Shown here: positions 49,240-63,310 of the stretch, piece after piece
How the letters are laid out: every line of letters begins with the position of its first letter
How positions within the stretch are numbered: the stretch's first letter is position 1
NCBI GenBank assembly: GCA_002104905.1
Contig: MCFE01000351.1
Location: 1 to 64,000, forward strand
DNA length: 64,000 nt
Origin: Basidiobolus meristosporus CBS 931.73
Lineage: Eukaryota; Fungi; Basidiobolomycota
Direction of reading: 5' to 3'
Position numbers and translations under genes: made by a program
Notes under the pieces: generated by a model
What the model was told of the DNA's origin: nothing
Database searches by the model: none
Seen by the model: only the letters and a program-made list of their open reading frames with translations

Positions 49240-52200
49240 TCAGCTTTGTGCTTGTAGTATAGTTGCTCAAATTTTGTTGTAAATTCTTTGCATAAAAGCT
49301 GTAGATGTGTCAAGTTGGCATATGTGATTGGTTTCTGGATAAATATTTTTATAATGTCAACATATGACTCCTAATGCATTCATTATACTCTTTTTGAATA
49401 TGTCTTAAGAAAGTTGCCTGAATAAATATATACGCAGTCCATCCAGTCCTTGTATGTACACTGTTGAATATGCCTATGACAATTGAATGAAACCTATCAG
49501 AAGTAATTTGGGTGGCAGAACTCATTATATCTTGCCAATGCTTTCAAATTTCACTGGTATCTCAAAGGGCCCATTTAGTTTGAAATGCCCAATATACAGC
49601 TCACTATGAGTAATTACTGTAATAACCCCATCAAAGGCCATCACATATTCTAAGTCCCATGTCTAAGAATTATTGATTCCATCAGGGCACCATGCAAGGA
49701 CAGTCAAAAAATAATTGCACCCCTGATATCATAGAAAACTTAGTCAAATTTTTCATCACAACAATACAACAGTGGCTTTTGATTGGTTCTTTGCCAATTT
49801 TCTCACTTTCACATCCTGGAGACTCTATCAACTCCCATGTTTGTGTACATTGATTGGCTAATGCCTCTTTCTCACACTACATGCTGCCTGACTCAACCAT
49901 TTCTCTTGCTTTTCATGCATACAAACTGATTTATTTCTGTTGAAGCTTTAGTTATGCCTCAATTGCCAGTTGTATTGGCCTATACAAGTCCCTATACCCT
50001 ACACTAACATTAAGCCCAACCCCACACTCAACATGTAACTCCATTGAAATCTACCACCTGATAGGTATTTCTGCTGTAATGCTCTTTTCCATGTCTCTGG
50101 TGGGAGCCAAACAGCTTTATGCCACTATTCATTTACTGGTTGCCACATGTCCTTGTCTTCAGCTGGCACTGCAAGGTGTAGCACCTCATCTGTAAGTCTT
50201 TGCAATAAATCCTTTAAATATTCAGGTGCATTTTCTTGAGCACTGCTCTTGAAGAGGTGCTGCAACCTCTTAGTGTCCCTATTACTATTCCAAGATTCCA
50301 CCAAAGACATTGTGATAACCTTTTGAGTTGCTCATGTTGTTACTTTGTCTGTCAGTGGGATCTCCACTCTGTCAACATTGGAGGACATGGAGACTGTGGT
50401 AGACAAATTTCCTAGTCTGCAAACTCATCAACCTCACTGAAGAGTAGCCCACACTATCAAAGATAATTGGGTCCTGCAGGTGGATCCAATATGGATCAGC
50501 TGTCAAGATCCCATTTGGAGACCATCATAATACCAGTAGCTTAGAATTAGTGGCCCTCTTTACATACTTATGATGGGATCACAACCGCATTTAGCTAATT
50601 GTTCTGCTAAATAAAGTTAAAAAACTTGACAGTTTTTGATTGGTGGTGTTGTAATAATTGCATAGCATTGTTAACATCTTAATATGCTCCACAGTTATTG
50701 TAAATGGATCTAACTGGCCAGTACATCCAATTGCTTTATATGACAAAAAACTTGTTGGTGTTTTGATGGCCTCATCACAAGTCTCCAATGGCATTATCAC
50801 AGCAGTATTGAGACCTACAGCTAGTTCTGTATAATGCTACTGTATCTATTTACCAAATGGTATTTGCTTTCCACCTCCCCTTGTGCAATTCATATATTCC
50901 ACTGTAAAATCACCACTCTTTATTTGCTTACCCACTACTATCTTGGGTACTCCACATATAGCTCAAATCAAAAAATACTATGGCCTCCTGCTTACTAACC
51001 TCTGCAAACATGCACACCTGCCACAATTGACATACTTCTATCATGTCAACTTTACCACCTTTTATTATGCTACTTGCAAAGTGGTCATGTACCATGGACT
51101 GCTGGTAACATCTACATTTTGCAAATAAGTGCTTGGTTGCTGCAACTTCTGCCATGATTACATCCTGAATATATGCAAAGAACTTTTTTGTACTTAGCCA
51201 ATAGACTTGTTCTGTTGGATGGTGCCACATTAAACCATGAGTGCCAAATGATGCCATAGTGTGCCAGGGAGGCCAAGTAAACCTATACTTGGCCATAGAG
51301 TGTGAAATGTAGCTCTGAATCTTCATGCAAAGCAGCCCCTACGTTTCACCCATGATGAAGGAGAAAATCCATTTTTTGACATTTTTTTGTGGATCAATGT
51401 TGTGCAGGATGTGTAAGAGCACTGAAGAGCTGAAGACATGCATCAGGCACTCAATACCCTTGGCACTCTAAAACTAACTCCTCTGGCTTGTCACATGTCA
51501 GAAAAATGCATGGCACTATCATGGTACACTGGTACTATCTGGCACTATATTTAATTATTAGCCCTAAAGTAAGATCTATACAAGGCACTTATAGTGACAG
51601 ATAGTACCAGTGGGCCAAGATAGTGCCATGCCTTTTTCTGACATGTGACAAGCCAGAGAAGTTAGTTTTAGAGTGCCATGGGTATGGGGTACCTGATGCA
51701 TGTCTTCAAACCTTTTGTGCTGTTACACATCTTGCACAACATTGACCTAAAAAAAAAGGTCAAAAATGGATTTTCTCCAACACAATGGGTGAAACACAGG
51801 GGCAGCTTTGCATAAAAATGCAGAGCTATGTTTCACACTCTGTGGCCAAGTATAGGCTGACTTGGCCTCCCCAGCGCACTATGGCATCAATTGGCACTCA
51901 TGGCTCAATATGGCACTATTCAATGGAACAAGTCTAATATATTCCTTCTCCATGCTGGCTTCTAGTCCCCCTTACAGATGCACTCTGGTTCTTTTTTGTG
52001 TGAATTCTATATTGAATGATGCAGAAGTTGGCTTGTGACCAAGAGAAACCTGGCATACTTTAGTAGAGCTTTCCTAATAAAAATTAGTTACTAGTTGCAC
52101 CCAATCCAACATGGCATTACTTAACTGATTACCCACACTTTGGGGCTACTTGGCTTCTTAATTCCATAGGCATAGGTGTCTCCATGTGCGCATCTGCCCT

Positions 52201-52319
52201 CAGTATTTTCCAACTCTTCCTGGCTGTCCTCTATGTACCAACTCACCCCATCCATTACAGACTTGAAGGTAATAGTCTTGAAGAGATTAGAATATGGTAG
52301 TACCTGCAAATTGACTTGT
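49240..52319 (-). mobile_element. CACTA fragments (transposase, ORF2 tail, degenerate termini at ~49602 and ~50452)
   Basis: DMIEVCQLWQ, QVNLQVLPYSNL and RDTKRLQHLFKSSAQEN peptides. Confidence 0.7.
51203..51935. mobile_element. Fold-back MITE, complete (733 bp), perfect AAT TSD
   Basis: AAT at 51200-51202 and 51936-51938; the empty site TTAGCCAATATATTCC is seen near 6714. Confidence 0.93.
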
Positions 52320-53011
52320 GCCAAATGATGCCATAGTGTGTCAGAGAGGCCAAGTGAGCCTATACTTGGCTACAGAGTGTGATGCATAGCTCTGCATCTT
52401 CATGCAAAGCAGCCCCTGTGTTTCACCCATTGTGCAGGAGAAAATCCACTTTTTGACCTTTTTTTTAGATCAGTGTTATGCAGGATGCATAAGAGCACAA
52501 ATGGATTGAAGATATGTATCTGGTACCTAATACCCATGGCACTCTAAATCTAGCTCCTGTGGCTTGTAACATGTCACAAAAATGCACAGCACCATCTTGG
52601 TCCACGGGTACTATCTGGCACTATAAGTGGTTTGTATAGATCTTACTTTAGGGCTAATAATTAAATATAGTGCCAGATAGTACTAGTGGACCAAGATAAT
52701 GCCATGCATTTTTGTGACATGTTACAAGCCACAGGAGCTAGATTTAGAGTGCCATGGGTATTAGGTACCAGATACATATCTTCAATCCGTTTGTGCTCTT
52801 ATGCATCCTGCACAACACTGATCTAAAAAAAAGGTCAAAAAGTGGATTTTCTCCTGCACAATAGGTGAAACACAGGGTCTGCTCTGCAAGAAGATGCAGA
52901 GCTATGTTTCACACTCTGCGGCCAAGTATAGGCTAACTTGGCCTCTCTGATACACTATGGCATCATTTTGCACTCATGGCTCAATGTGGCACTATACAAC
53001 GGAACAAGTCT
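52320..53011. mobile_element. Fold-back MITE, left tip deleted
   Basis: Inverted arms; ends AACAAGTCT followed by ATT. Confidence 0.88.
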
Positions 53012-53221
53012 ATTGCAATGGTGACATTTCTGCATTTGAATGCTATGCAGCTTTTAACACATGCTAGAATCAGGACAGTCTTTGGGTTGTATGTTGCCAG
53101 CTGCATTATGGTTGTCCACTTGTGCCATGTACATGGTATGTTGCCTCCTGGAGTGATTTTGACAAGTGGTAGTGATATATCTTCAAAGCTTCCCTTACTG
53201 ATATTAGTAGAAATGGCAGAA

Positions 53222-54480
53222 TGAGCTTGATTTGCTCCATGAGCATTATCCTGGATGCAAATGGGTTAACAAATTTTGGGTCAGCATTGGCATGCTAGAA
53301 AAGTATTTTAAGAATAGCAGAAACTATCAAAGGCAGAAGAACAAGGGTGCCATGGCAAAAAATCAGCAGCTTCCTCAGGGGCCCGTTAGAAGTAGGGCCA
53401 AAAGCTTCAAACAAGCATCAAAGAGACATCAGATAGCCTAAAGAGTGCCAATAAGGGACAAGCAAGCCATAACAGATGCGTCAGAGCAGAATTTATCAAG
53501 GAGAAAACATGGTTTAATACAAGAAGCACTCAGACAAATTAGCAGTGAAAGACCTGGCAGTGATAAAGGAAAAGGCAAAGGGAAAAATGTCTACCCAAGC
53601 CTGAGTCAGGGAAGCATATGAAAAAAACTGCAGTTGTTGCCAATCAATGATGTAAGCCTAAAACAAACTGAATCCCATCATAGCCAAGAAGAATCACCAA
53701 GAAGAAAAGGCCAGTTCTCATAAGAGTTGAAACTACAGGCAGTTGAGCTACACTCCAGCAAGGTAGATTAATTGACAGATAAAGGCAGTTTGTCTACCAC
53801 AGCCTGCCCATCATGCATTGTTGACAGTGTGGAGATCCCGCTGATAGACAAGGCTACAATGTCACAAACTCAAGAGACTACTACAATGGCTTCAGTGAAA
53901 CTTTGGAACAATAATAGGCACACTAAGAGGTTGCAGCAATTCTTCAAGAGCAGTGCTCAAGAAAACATGCCTGAATATTGCAAGGCTGTATTACAAAGAC
54001 TAGCAGATGAGGTGCTAAACCTTACAGTGCTGGCTGAAGACCAGGACATGTGGGAACCAGTGAAGGAACAGTGGCATGAAGCTGTTGGGTTCTTGCTGGA
54101 GTCATGGAAACAGAGCTTCACAGCAGAAATAGTTATTGAGTGGTGAACTTTTATGGAGTTACTGGTTGGGTGTGGGGTTGGGCTTAATGTAAGTGTTGGG
54201 TATAGGAACTTTTATAGGTCAATACAATTGGCAATGTGCTACAACAGAAGTACCATTGGAAATAAATCAATTTGTATACATTAAAAGTAAGAGAAACAGC
54301 TGAGTCAGGAAGTAAGGAGTGTGAAAAAGAGGCATTAGCCAATCAAGGTATATAAATGTAGCAGGTAATCAAGTTTCTGGGATCTGAAAGTGAGCAAATT
54401 GGCCAAAAACCAATCAAAAGCCACATTGGTATTGTTGTGATGAAAATTTTGACCAAGCTTTTTATGATACCTGGGGTGCA
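53222..54480 (+). pseudogene. CACTA ORF2 3' part
   Basis: LHEHYPGCKWVNKFWVSIGMLEKYFKN; NRHTKRLQQFFKSSAQEN. Confidence 0.78.
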
Positions 54481-54679
54481 ATTATTTGTTCTGGGCTTAC
54501 AGCATTAATTGGTGAGCGTGCAGCTTTTTCCTCATGCTTCTCTATCTCTGACTTTAGTAGACTTTTTCCCCTTTACATTTTCCTTTATTGCTGCCAGGTT
54601 TTTCACTGCTTCTTTGTCTGGGTGCATCTTGCATTGAAGTACATTTTCTCCCTGATATATGCTGCTCTGATGTACCTGA

Positions 54680-56956
54680 TGGCAAACACTAAAACAGCTA
54701 AAAAGTGAGAGCTACTTTGAAGGTATGTATGACCATGCCTTTGCCTTGGCACTGATGGATTTTCATTAAATTAGTATGCTGCCAGCAAATCCTGCTGGCT
54801 GCTGATTCTTGTCAACCTGAATATGCCACCTAACTTACAGTATTAGAGTGGAAATATGATGGTAGTCTCACTGGTGTCTAGGCCTAAATCACTATACAAC
54901 CTGGAAAGCTACCTCTACCTGTTGCTGGACATATTTTGTATGCTTTCCAGCAGGATAATAATAAGTGGCTGTCATGTAAAAGTGCATATTATTATCTGCA
55001 TTGGTGATACCTCAGCCATTGGCAAAATATCCAGCTTTTCTGAACACAATGCACAGTGTTGCTGTCAAAAATGTAAGACCCATGGGACTTACTCCGTAAC
55101 TCACAAACATTATCATTACCCAAGTAGCAACACTAAGTACACCATCTTTCTGCAGAGGCAACATACAGAAGTCAGCATGCAATTGCAGCAAAGTTGGCAA
55201 GCTATACACCATTCACCAGAATATGGAGTTGACTGAAAACTGGTGATACTTAAGATACAGGGTATCTGCAGGAGCAAAAGCTTTCCACTGGGAGCAATGC
55301 ATTTGCTTTTCAAAGGTATCCCTATATTGATGACCAAGTTTTACATGGGCATTTCAAGCTAAATGAGCCCTTTGAGATGCCGCAAAAAATACGTAAGAAT
55401 TGGCAAGATAGTACAGAGTATCTGCTACCCTGAGTACTTCTCACAGGCTCCAATTGATGTTCACATACATGTGTGACAATACAAGTGCAAGGACTGGATG
55501 AGCCGGATATGAGCTTATTCAAGTGGCTTTCTGAAGCCATTCATACCAAGAGTACACTGGAAGCATTGGGAGTCATATGTGGACATTTTAGGAATATTTA
55601 TCCAGCAGCAGATCACCAATGGCAACTTGTCACATCTACAGCTTTTGTGCAAAGAGTTTGTGATGGGACTTGAGTGGCTATACTACAAGCATAAAGCTAA
55701 ACATGTAGATCTCTGCCGCTACTGTGTCCATTTCCTGCTCCATCTTGCTTGGTGTGGTGAGAATGTTGGACTTTAACTCATCTTTCGGAAGTTTCCTATG
55801 GTATGGATGTGTGGAGAGATAGAAAGACAAGTCAAGATGCAGCTACTACCATATTCCAATCTCATCAAGAATGTTCCCTTCAAGTCTGTCATGGATGTGA
55901 TGATTTGGCACATGGAGGCCAGCCAGGAGTGTTGGAAATACTGAGGACAGATGTGCAGATGGAGACACCTATGCCTATGGCATAAAGAAGCCTAGCAGCC
56001 CCAATGTGTGGGGAATCAGTTAAGTAATGAAACTTGGGCTGAGTGCAACAAGCAACTAATTTCTACTAGGAAAACTCTACCAAGGTATGCCAGATTTCAC
56101 TTGGTTGCTAGCCAATTGCTACACCATTCTATACAGAAATCACACAAACAAGAGCCAGAACGCACCTATGAGGGGGACTAGAATTCAGTGGGGAGAAGGA
56201 ATAAATTGGCTAAACACCAATGAGTTCTTTGCAGATATTCAGGAGGTATTCATGGCTGAAGTGGCAGCAACCAAGCATATGTTTGTAAGATGTATACATT
56301 ACCAGCAATACAATTTATATAGCAACTTTGCAAGCATTGCACTTAAAAGCCATAAACTTGAGGTGACAGAAGTATGTCAATTGTGGCAGGTGCATATGTT
56401 TGTAGTGGTTAGTAAGCAGGGGGCCATAGTATTTTTTGATTCAGACTATATGTGGAATACCCAAGGTAGTTGTGGTTAAGTAAATAAGGATGGGTGATTC
56501 TACAGTGGAATACATCAATTGCGCAAGGGGAGGTAGAAAAAGGAAACACCATTTGGTAAGCTGGTACCGTAGCAGTATACAGAAATAGCTGTTGGCCATC
56601 ATACTGCCATAATAATGCCATCAGTGGCTGTCAAAGAGGCTGTCAAAGCACCAACAAATTTTTGCCATATAAGGTAATTGGATGTACTGGCCAGCACAAT
56701 CCACTCAAATAGTTTTAAAGTTCAGTACAACTGCAACAATACTACGCCACCCTGGGCAAAAGTCTCTACAAACACCATTATATTTTATCAACTTTGATCA
56801 GCTGTAAAATTAGCAATATACCATTGTGATCCTGTCATAATATTGTTTAGATGGCCATTAATTCCAAGCTGCTGGTAATATTGTGGTCTCTTGATGGGAT
56901 CTTGACAGCTGATCCAGATCAGATCCACTGGTGGGACCAAATTATATTTCATAGGG
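54680..56956 (+). mobile_element. CACTA transposase pseudogene plus terminus
   Basis: LVSRPKSLYNLESYL...CIGDTSAIGK (54856-55236); ends AAATTATATTTCATAGGG at 56956. Confidence 0.82.
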
Positions 56957-57154
56957 AGCTTGGTGATTAGTTTTGGGATATTGTTGATAAGTAAATGCAT
57001 TGCTCTCCGCAGAAAGCTCTTGCACTAACAGTTACCTTTTAACTTAAGTATCTCTGGTTTCCAATTAATTCCATATTCTGGCTAATGGCCTATAGCTTGC
57101 CAACTTTGCTGCAATTGCATGCTGACTTCTGTACATTCTCTCTGTGGGAAGATA

Positions 57155-57921
57155 TATAGTTATTATGGTGTACTTATTCATATTTCATCTTATCAGTATT
57201 ATCCCATTGTTCTCTGTCCTAATTAATAGTGTTATCCTGATATCATGTTTACCCTGATTAGTTATCAGCAATGGTTATCCCAAGTGTTATTCACCTTTGC
57301 AATCACCAGATTTATCTACATCATGCAAGTACTTGTGTTGGTACCCATGGCGCAATACCTAGGTCTTTGTTACCACCCCTAACACTTCAATAACATATAT
57401 GGTATCTCTTTGTTACACAGGTTTCAGACTACAAACCATGATAGGTTGGATGTACTGTGCCTTTTAGAACCTTCCAGGACCTTCTTGGGGTATTTTTAGC
57501 TCATAGTGATGTCATCAAGAAATCCACTGATGCCTGGGATCTTCTCAAACCTTGTCATTAGTATTTACTTGACAATTTGGAGCAGCATGTAAGGGAAGTC
57601 AATTTCTCTCCAATAAATCATCTTTTTATCAGCAATACCTTCCAATTATGGATTAGCAATTGATTACTGCATTTACCTTTGACAGTTACACCTCAGGTCT
57701 GCCATCAAGGAGCTTTTTGGGGTGGTGCACAAGAAACTCAGAGGCCTTTGGAGACACTTGGAGCACCTAGAAATTGTAAGAAGTAGGAGCTTTTACCAAA
57801 GTGATATAGTGATAGAGCACCGGCAGTCTAAGCCCAGAACCTATTGCACCCTACAGACACCCACAGGCCTTGAGGTGTGTAACTTCTCCCAGGAGTACCT
57901 CTGCACCACCACACTATCATA
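57155..57921. repeat. Diverged inverted homolog of the 19051-20126 LTR-like repeat
   Basis: Shared blocks such as GTGTAACA.AG.GATACCA.ATA and GTGTGGTGGTG. Confidence 0.6.
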
Positions 57922-57924
57922 TTA

Positions 57925-59240
57925 ATGTGCATATTATTACCTGCATTGGAGATGCCCCACCCATCTGCAAGATAGCTAGCTTTTCTTTGCGCAATGGACA
58001 GTAATACTACTCAATGTGTGATATGCAGGGGATTTACCCCATAACTTCCACATATTATTATTATCCAAATGCTAGCACTGAGAACATCATCTTCCCACAG
58101 AGAGAACATAAAAAAGTCAGCATGCAACTGAAGCAAAGTTGGGAAGCTAGATGCTATCAGCCAGTATATGAAATTAACTGGAAACCATAGATACTTTAGA
58201 TGGTATTGGTTGGAGCAAAATCTTTCTACTGGGAGCAATGCATTTGCTTTTCAGCAATATCCCAACACTGATGACCAAGCTCAACATGGGTCATTGCAAG
58301 CTCAATGAGCCTTTAGATGTACAAGAGATGTTTGAAAGAATTAGCAAGATATTACCAAATGTCTTCTACCCTAAGTGCTTTGGACAGGCTTCAATCAATA
58401 ATCATATGCATAGGCAACAATTCAAATGCAGGGAAAGGATGAGCTGCATATGAATTTATTCAAGTGGCCTCCTGAAGCAATTTTTACCCATAGTTTGTTA
58501 GAGTCATATTTTAAAATTTTAGGAGTATTATCTAGATGCAAATTACAATGCCAACTTGACATCTATACAGCATTTATATGCAGAGTCTGTGACATAATTT
58601 GAGTAGCCATACTACAAGCAAAAAGCTGAATATGTCAATATCTGCCACTGCTGCATCTATTCTGTACACCATCTTGCCTGGTGTGTGGAGTATTTTGAGC
58701 CTTACTTCACCTTTCAGGAGTTTCCTATGGAGAAGATGTGTGGGGAGATGGGAAGACAAGTTAAGTTGCAAGTACTGCCATATCTCAGTCTCATTAGTAA
58801 TAATGCCCTAATGTCCATCATGGTCAAGATGAGTTGGCATGTGGAGGTCAGCCAAGAAGAGTTGGACAATACCAAGGACAGATATGCATAAGAGCACACC
58901 TATGCCTTTGGCAGCCCCAATGTGTGGGTAATCAGGTGAGTAACATAAAGATGGGTTGGGCATAACTAGCAGCTGATTCTTAGTAGGACAGCTTCAGCAG
59001 TGTATGTTGGGCTTCTCCTGAGTTCAAACCTACTTCTACACCATTCAATATGGAATTTTTACTAGCAAGAACTAGTGCTTACCTAGAAGTGGCCCAGAAT
59101 CCAGCAAGGAGAAGGAAGATAATGACTAAGTATCAAAAAGTATCTTGGAGATGCTCATGTGGCATTCATGACAAAAGCAGTAGCAACTAAGGATTTCTGT
59201 GCAAGATGTATATGTTAACAGCAACACAAGGTACATGGCA
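57925..59240 (+). pseudogene. CACTA transposase fragments with a small internal inversion
   Basis: MHLLFSNIPTLMTKL and YFTFQEFPMEKMCGEMG on plus; ~58010-58200 lies in the opposite orientation. Confidence 0.72.
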
Positions 59241-59399
59241 ACTTTGTAAACATCATGCTGAATCCCAAAACAACCAGTCACTATCCACAGTAAAGTAAAT
59301 ATTGTGTGTACTGTGAATCTGCTGAACATAGCAGTTATGGCTGTCAAATATTGAATACTGATAATGACAGTCATAAAGTTATGCTTGATTGCTATGGGA

Positions 59400-62300
59400 A
59401 GATCTGTAATATTGCTGGAGACCCTTTACCCATCAACATAGGTTGTGGCAGAATGCAGTCCTATGTAATTGCTCAAGAAGAATGAAGTAAAAGCACCACA
59501 ACATCAAATTTCATACAAATTGTATAAAAGTGTGTACTAGCAAAAGAAATTGGCCAGTTGTTGAAATACCAATACAGCCAGAAGCATCAAAAATCCAAAA
59601 AGAACACTTGCAATCTCAATCCAAGTATGACACTACTGCAATTACACAGCAAGTTATCAACAAATTCTGGAAATCTCCATTTCAAAACTTACATATCAAG
59701 AAGTGTTCACCCATATCAACCATCCCTATCAGCTACTATCTGAAATGGTTAAACCTATGAGCTATGATATTGTCATGAATCATCAAGAGCAATCTTCAAC
59801 AGCATTATCAAGTGAACAGCTACAATTTGAGGTTGAAAAAGCCTTTTACTCTATTACAACAGGAAGCTATGCTGCTACAATTAACAATGTTGAAGTGGAA
59901 TGTATCTTTGATTATGGATCAGAAATCAGTGCCATCACTGCTGTGACTTTTGAAAAAATCAAATTGCCATTGAGAGAAGTTGACCAGAATATGAGAACTG
60001 CTACAGGTGCAACAGAGAAGATGCTTGGACTTTGACACTCTGCACCAACTGAAACTGGAGGAATCAGGGTTACCTCTCCCTTTTTCATTGTTGCCAATGG
60101 ACCCACTTTTGAGGTATTGTTGGGACCATGTTATGAGTGAAAATCTCTTCTATAAGCTGATAACAGACCTGATGGAAGCTTATGGCTGACAATCACATCT
60201 GACAATTGAAAAAGAAGGGAATCTTTTATGCAGCAGAAGAGAATAATCTAAGAAATGCATACTCAATTCCAGTACAAAATATTCTGGTTCATGAGGCTAT
60301 TTTGTTTTATGATCAACACTTCATTCCATCAACAACAAGTCAGACAAATACTAAGTATTAGCCAGTTGAATAGAAAGCAAAGCCAGTACCAGCTGGAATC
60401 TCACCATCTGCCCACAACAATCCTCAAATGGAGCCTTTGCACAAATATGAAAAAATCAGACTCACAGAAGAGAATCTCTAGGAGTTAGCTATTGGAGCTA
60501 CTCTTACCACTGAGGAGAAAGTCTCTTTTTGACTATGCTACAATGCTGTGACAATGTCGTTGCATTTAATGATGCACAAAGATGGTGTTTATCCACATAG
60601 CTATTTCCATTGGTTAAGATCCATACTGTTGGACATACACCATGGGCACTGAGATAGTATCCTATTCCCTTAAGATCACTGAACAAAGTAACTAGGGTTA
60701 GTGCCTTATTGCTAGGATTACTATGGTGACTTTGATTGCGTGTAACTTCTAAGCCAGCCAATCAAGTCACGTGAAATTTTCACAGGTGCTGTGCCTATGT
60801 CCAATCTGCACCACTGCAAAATGTTAGCTTCATATCATCTGTATTGCTTGCGCAATCACCCAAAAGCTTCAATCCATCAGAATTTTCATATATATGACTT
60901 CCCCAGCTGAAAAATAAAGGTAGCCTCTCTTTCCAGAATCTCCACACTACAACTACAAGTTCAAAGGTTATAAGACTGCCCCTGCATCACTTGCACTGTT
61001 AAGTATTCTGACTTTGATTGGTACTACATCAGTAAAGAGACTGCAAAGCTCATAAGAATCCAATCTAAGTTCTACAAGAAACTACCACTTTTCTGTCTGA
61101 AAAGTCCTCTCCTAGAAACCCCTTTACTCTAAAGACACCCCTCTAGTCTAAAGACCCCCTTAGAGATCCCTTTAAGAAAACCCTTTACTCTAAAGAAGCC
61201 CCTTTAGGCACCCCTTTAGTGTAAATTCCACTTAGAGACCACTACAAGAAGCCCCTTTACTCTAAAGACACCCCTTTGGACACCCCTTTAGGTCTAAAGA
61301 CCCCTGTAGAGACTTCTACAACACATCCCTTTAGATTGAAGGGGAGTCCAGAACTTCCATATTAGGAACATTTTCCCAGAAAGGAACGTGATTTCCAAAT
61401 AAGGAAAAGCTACTATAAAAGTAAAAAAGCCCATTAGTCAACAGAAGGTCAGAACACTGCTGTAGAAGTGATAAACACTGCCTATAGTATATTTTGAGCC
61501 TAAGATAGAGGAAATTAGTGAAAGTTATATCTTCTATTGGTATATCAAACTCCCAATAAACTATTTCAGTATTAGCATACTGGAAGTTGTTGTATATTGT
61601 TGAATAGCCTCTACATTGTAGAACAAGCCCCAAACTAATCATAATACAACACAACAGAATAAGTCCAGAGAAAAAGATATATCACATGTCTTACCTCAAG
61701 TCAAAAGATATGCTTATGATCACATATGTACTGTTGAAAGGTTCATGAAGAAACTTCAAGCTTCTGGTCTGACTGTATCTGGAGCCAAATGCAAGTTTGG
61801 CTACAACAAAGCAATCATTCTAGGTGGACTTGTTTCTGAGAAGGCAGATCACCTAATCCCACAAAACTTTCATTGGCACTAAATTGGAAGACACCAGCAA
61901 TATCCATCAAGTCAGACATCTATTAGGACTTACTGGTCTATTCAGAATCTGGATCAAGAACTATGCTCAAAGTGCTAAGCCACTGACTTAACTATTACAG
62001 AAAAACCAAAAATTTTAGTGGCATGAAGAACAGGCAAATGCTATGTCAACATTAGTTGAGTCATTATCAAAGCCACCTGTCTTGACAGCTATAGACTACA
62101 GTGTTATTGATTCACAACCAGTCATTATATCAGTTGATAGCTCTGGAATTGGGGTTGGTGGAATCATGATTCAAGTTTCAAAAGATCATTATTGACAACT
62201 GTGCAAATATCTTAGTAGACTATTTAAAGGAAATGAACTTAACTATCCATCTATCAAGAAAGAAGCACTGGGAGTACTCCATGTACTCAAAAAGCTAAAG

Positions 62301-63310
62301 CCATACTTATTAGGAGTACACTTCATGCTGGAGGTTGATGCTAAGCCATCATTGGGAATGTTGAATAAGTTGGAGCTTTTGCCTGATCCCATTCTAGCAT
62401 GGTGGACATCATACATCCAGATCTTTGACTTTATGCTGCAACACATACCAGGAGCCAATTACAAAGGACCTGATGCTTTATCCAGAAAGCAACCAAATTC
62501 ACTGTACTCAACTGATGATGATGAGATTGATGAATTTCTTGAAAACACATGTCTTGGATGCTCATTCAGACATATGATACAAAGCAATTATAAACAAATC
62601 AAGGAGTTTCTTATATCACTCAACATTCCTGCTGATATTCCCATAAATCAACACACAAATTTTAAAAAGTAGGCTTTGAAGTTTATACTGCATGATGACA
62701 CACTTTTCAGAAAAAGCAAACATGGGGTTCCTTGACGGTATATACATGACCAGCATGATCAATAGAAGATCATTCAAGAATTGCATGAATCTGAATCAGG
62801 AGGTCATAAGGAAATTAGATCAACAAATGCAAAAATCTCCTTACAGAATTTTTGGCCAACACTATACACTGACACAACAGAATATGAGAAATCATGTATT
62901 CTATGTCAGAGAAAAGACAACAAAAAGATGCATGAACCACTTCACATTAGCAAAGCTTAGCTATCAAGAACCCAACAAGTGGGCAAATAACTTTCATGCA
63001 GCAATTTGGGCTGATGGAGTTACAGTTAAAAGAAGTACAGGGTATACTGCATTTGTTCTAATATATGAGCATAAAACTATTTTGCCAATAGACATATCTT
63101 TCAAACACTGGTTTACTCTCTCATGGAAGCCAATCATGACAGCATTGGAGCTATTGCTAGCAAGAATACAACATATTCAACAAGCTCACACTCTGCAAAA
63201 GAGTGCAACAGAAAACTTGAAGAAATCCTGAATGGCTTGCAAGGAGTACTTTGATGGTCAACAATGCCTTAGAAGAACTGCACTTGAAGTAGGTGAATTG
63301 ATACTGCTTC
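59400..63310 (+). mobile_element. Gypsy element D pol remnant, interrupted by LTR
   Basis: ECIFDYGSEIS protease; VKIHTVGHTPW; KPLT.LLQK; VDSSGIGVGG; LEVDAKP...FDFMLQHIPG..YKGPDALSR RNase H; integrase tail. Confidence 0.82.
60700..61656. mobile_element. Young 1.2-kb LTR family copy 4, one end deleted
   Basis: Matches copy 1 from TGCCTTATTGCTAGG to ACACAACA; followed by GAAT. Confidence 0.88.

Noticed and set aside
51200-51938. Tc1/mariner MITE with TA TSD (TAGAC...GTCTA)
   Set aside because: Comparison with the empty site near 6714 gives a 3-bp AAT duplication; 16014 confirms it by frame restoration.
61331-61654. 107-aa ORF in the young LTR as a real gene
   Set aside because: The less-mutated copies at 45668 and 63311 have a TAA at codon 16.
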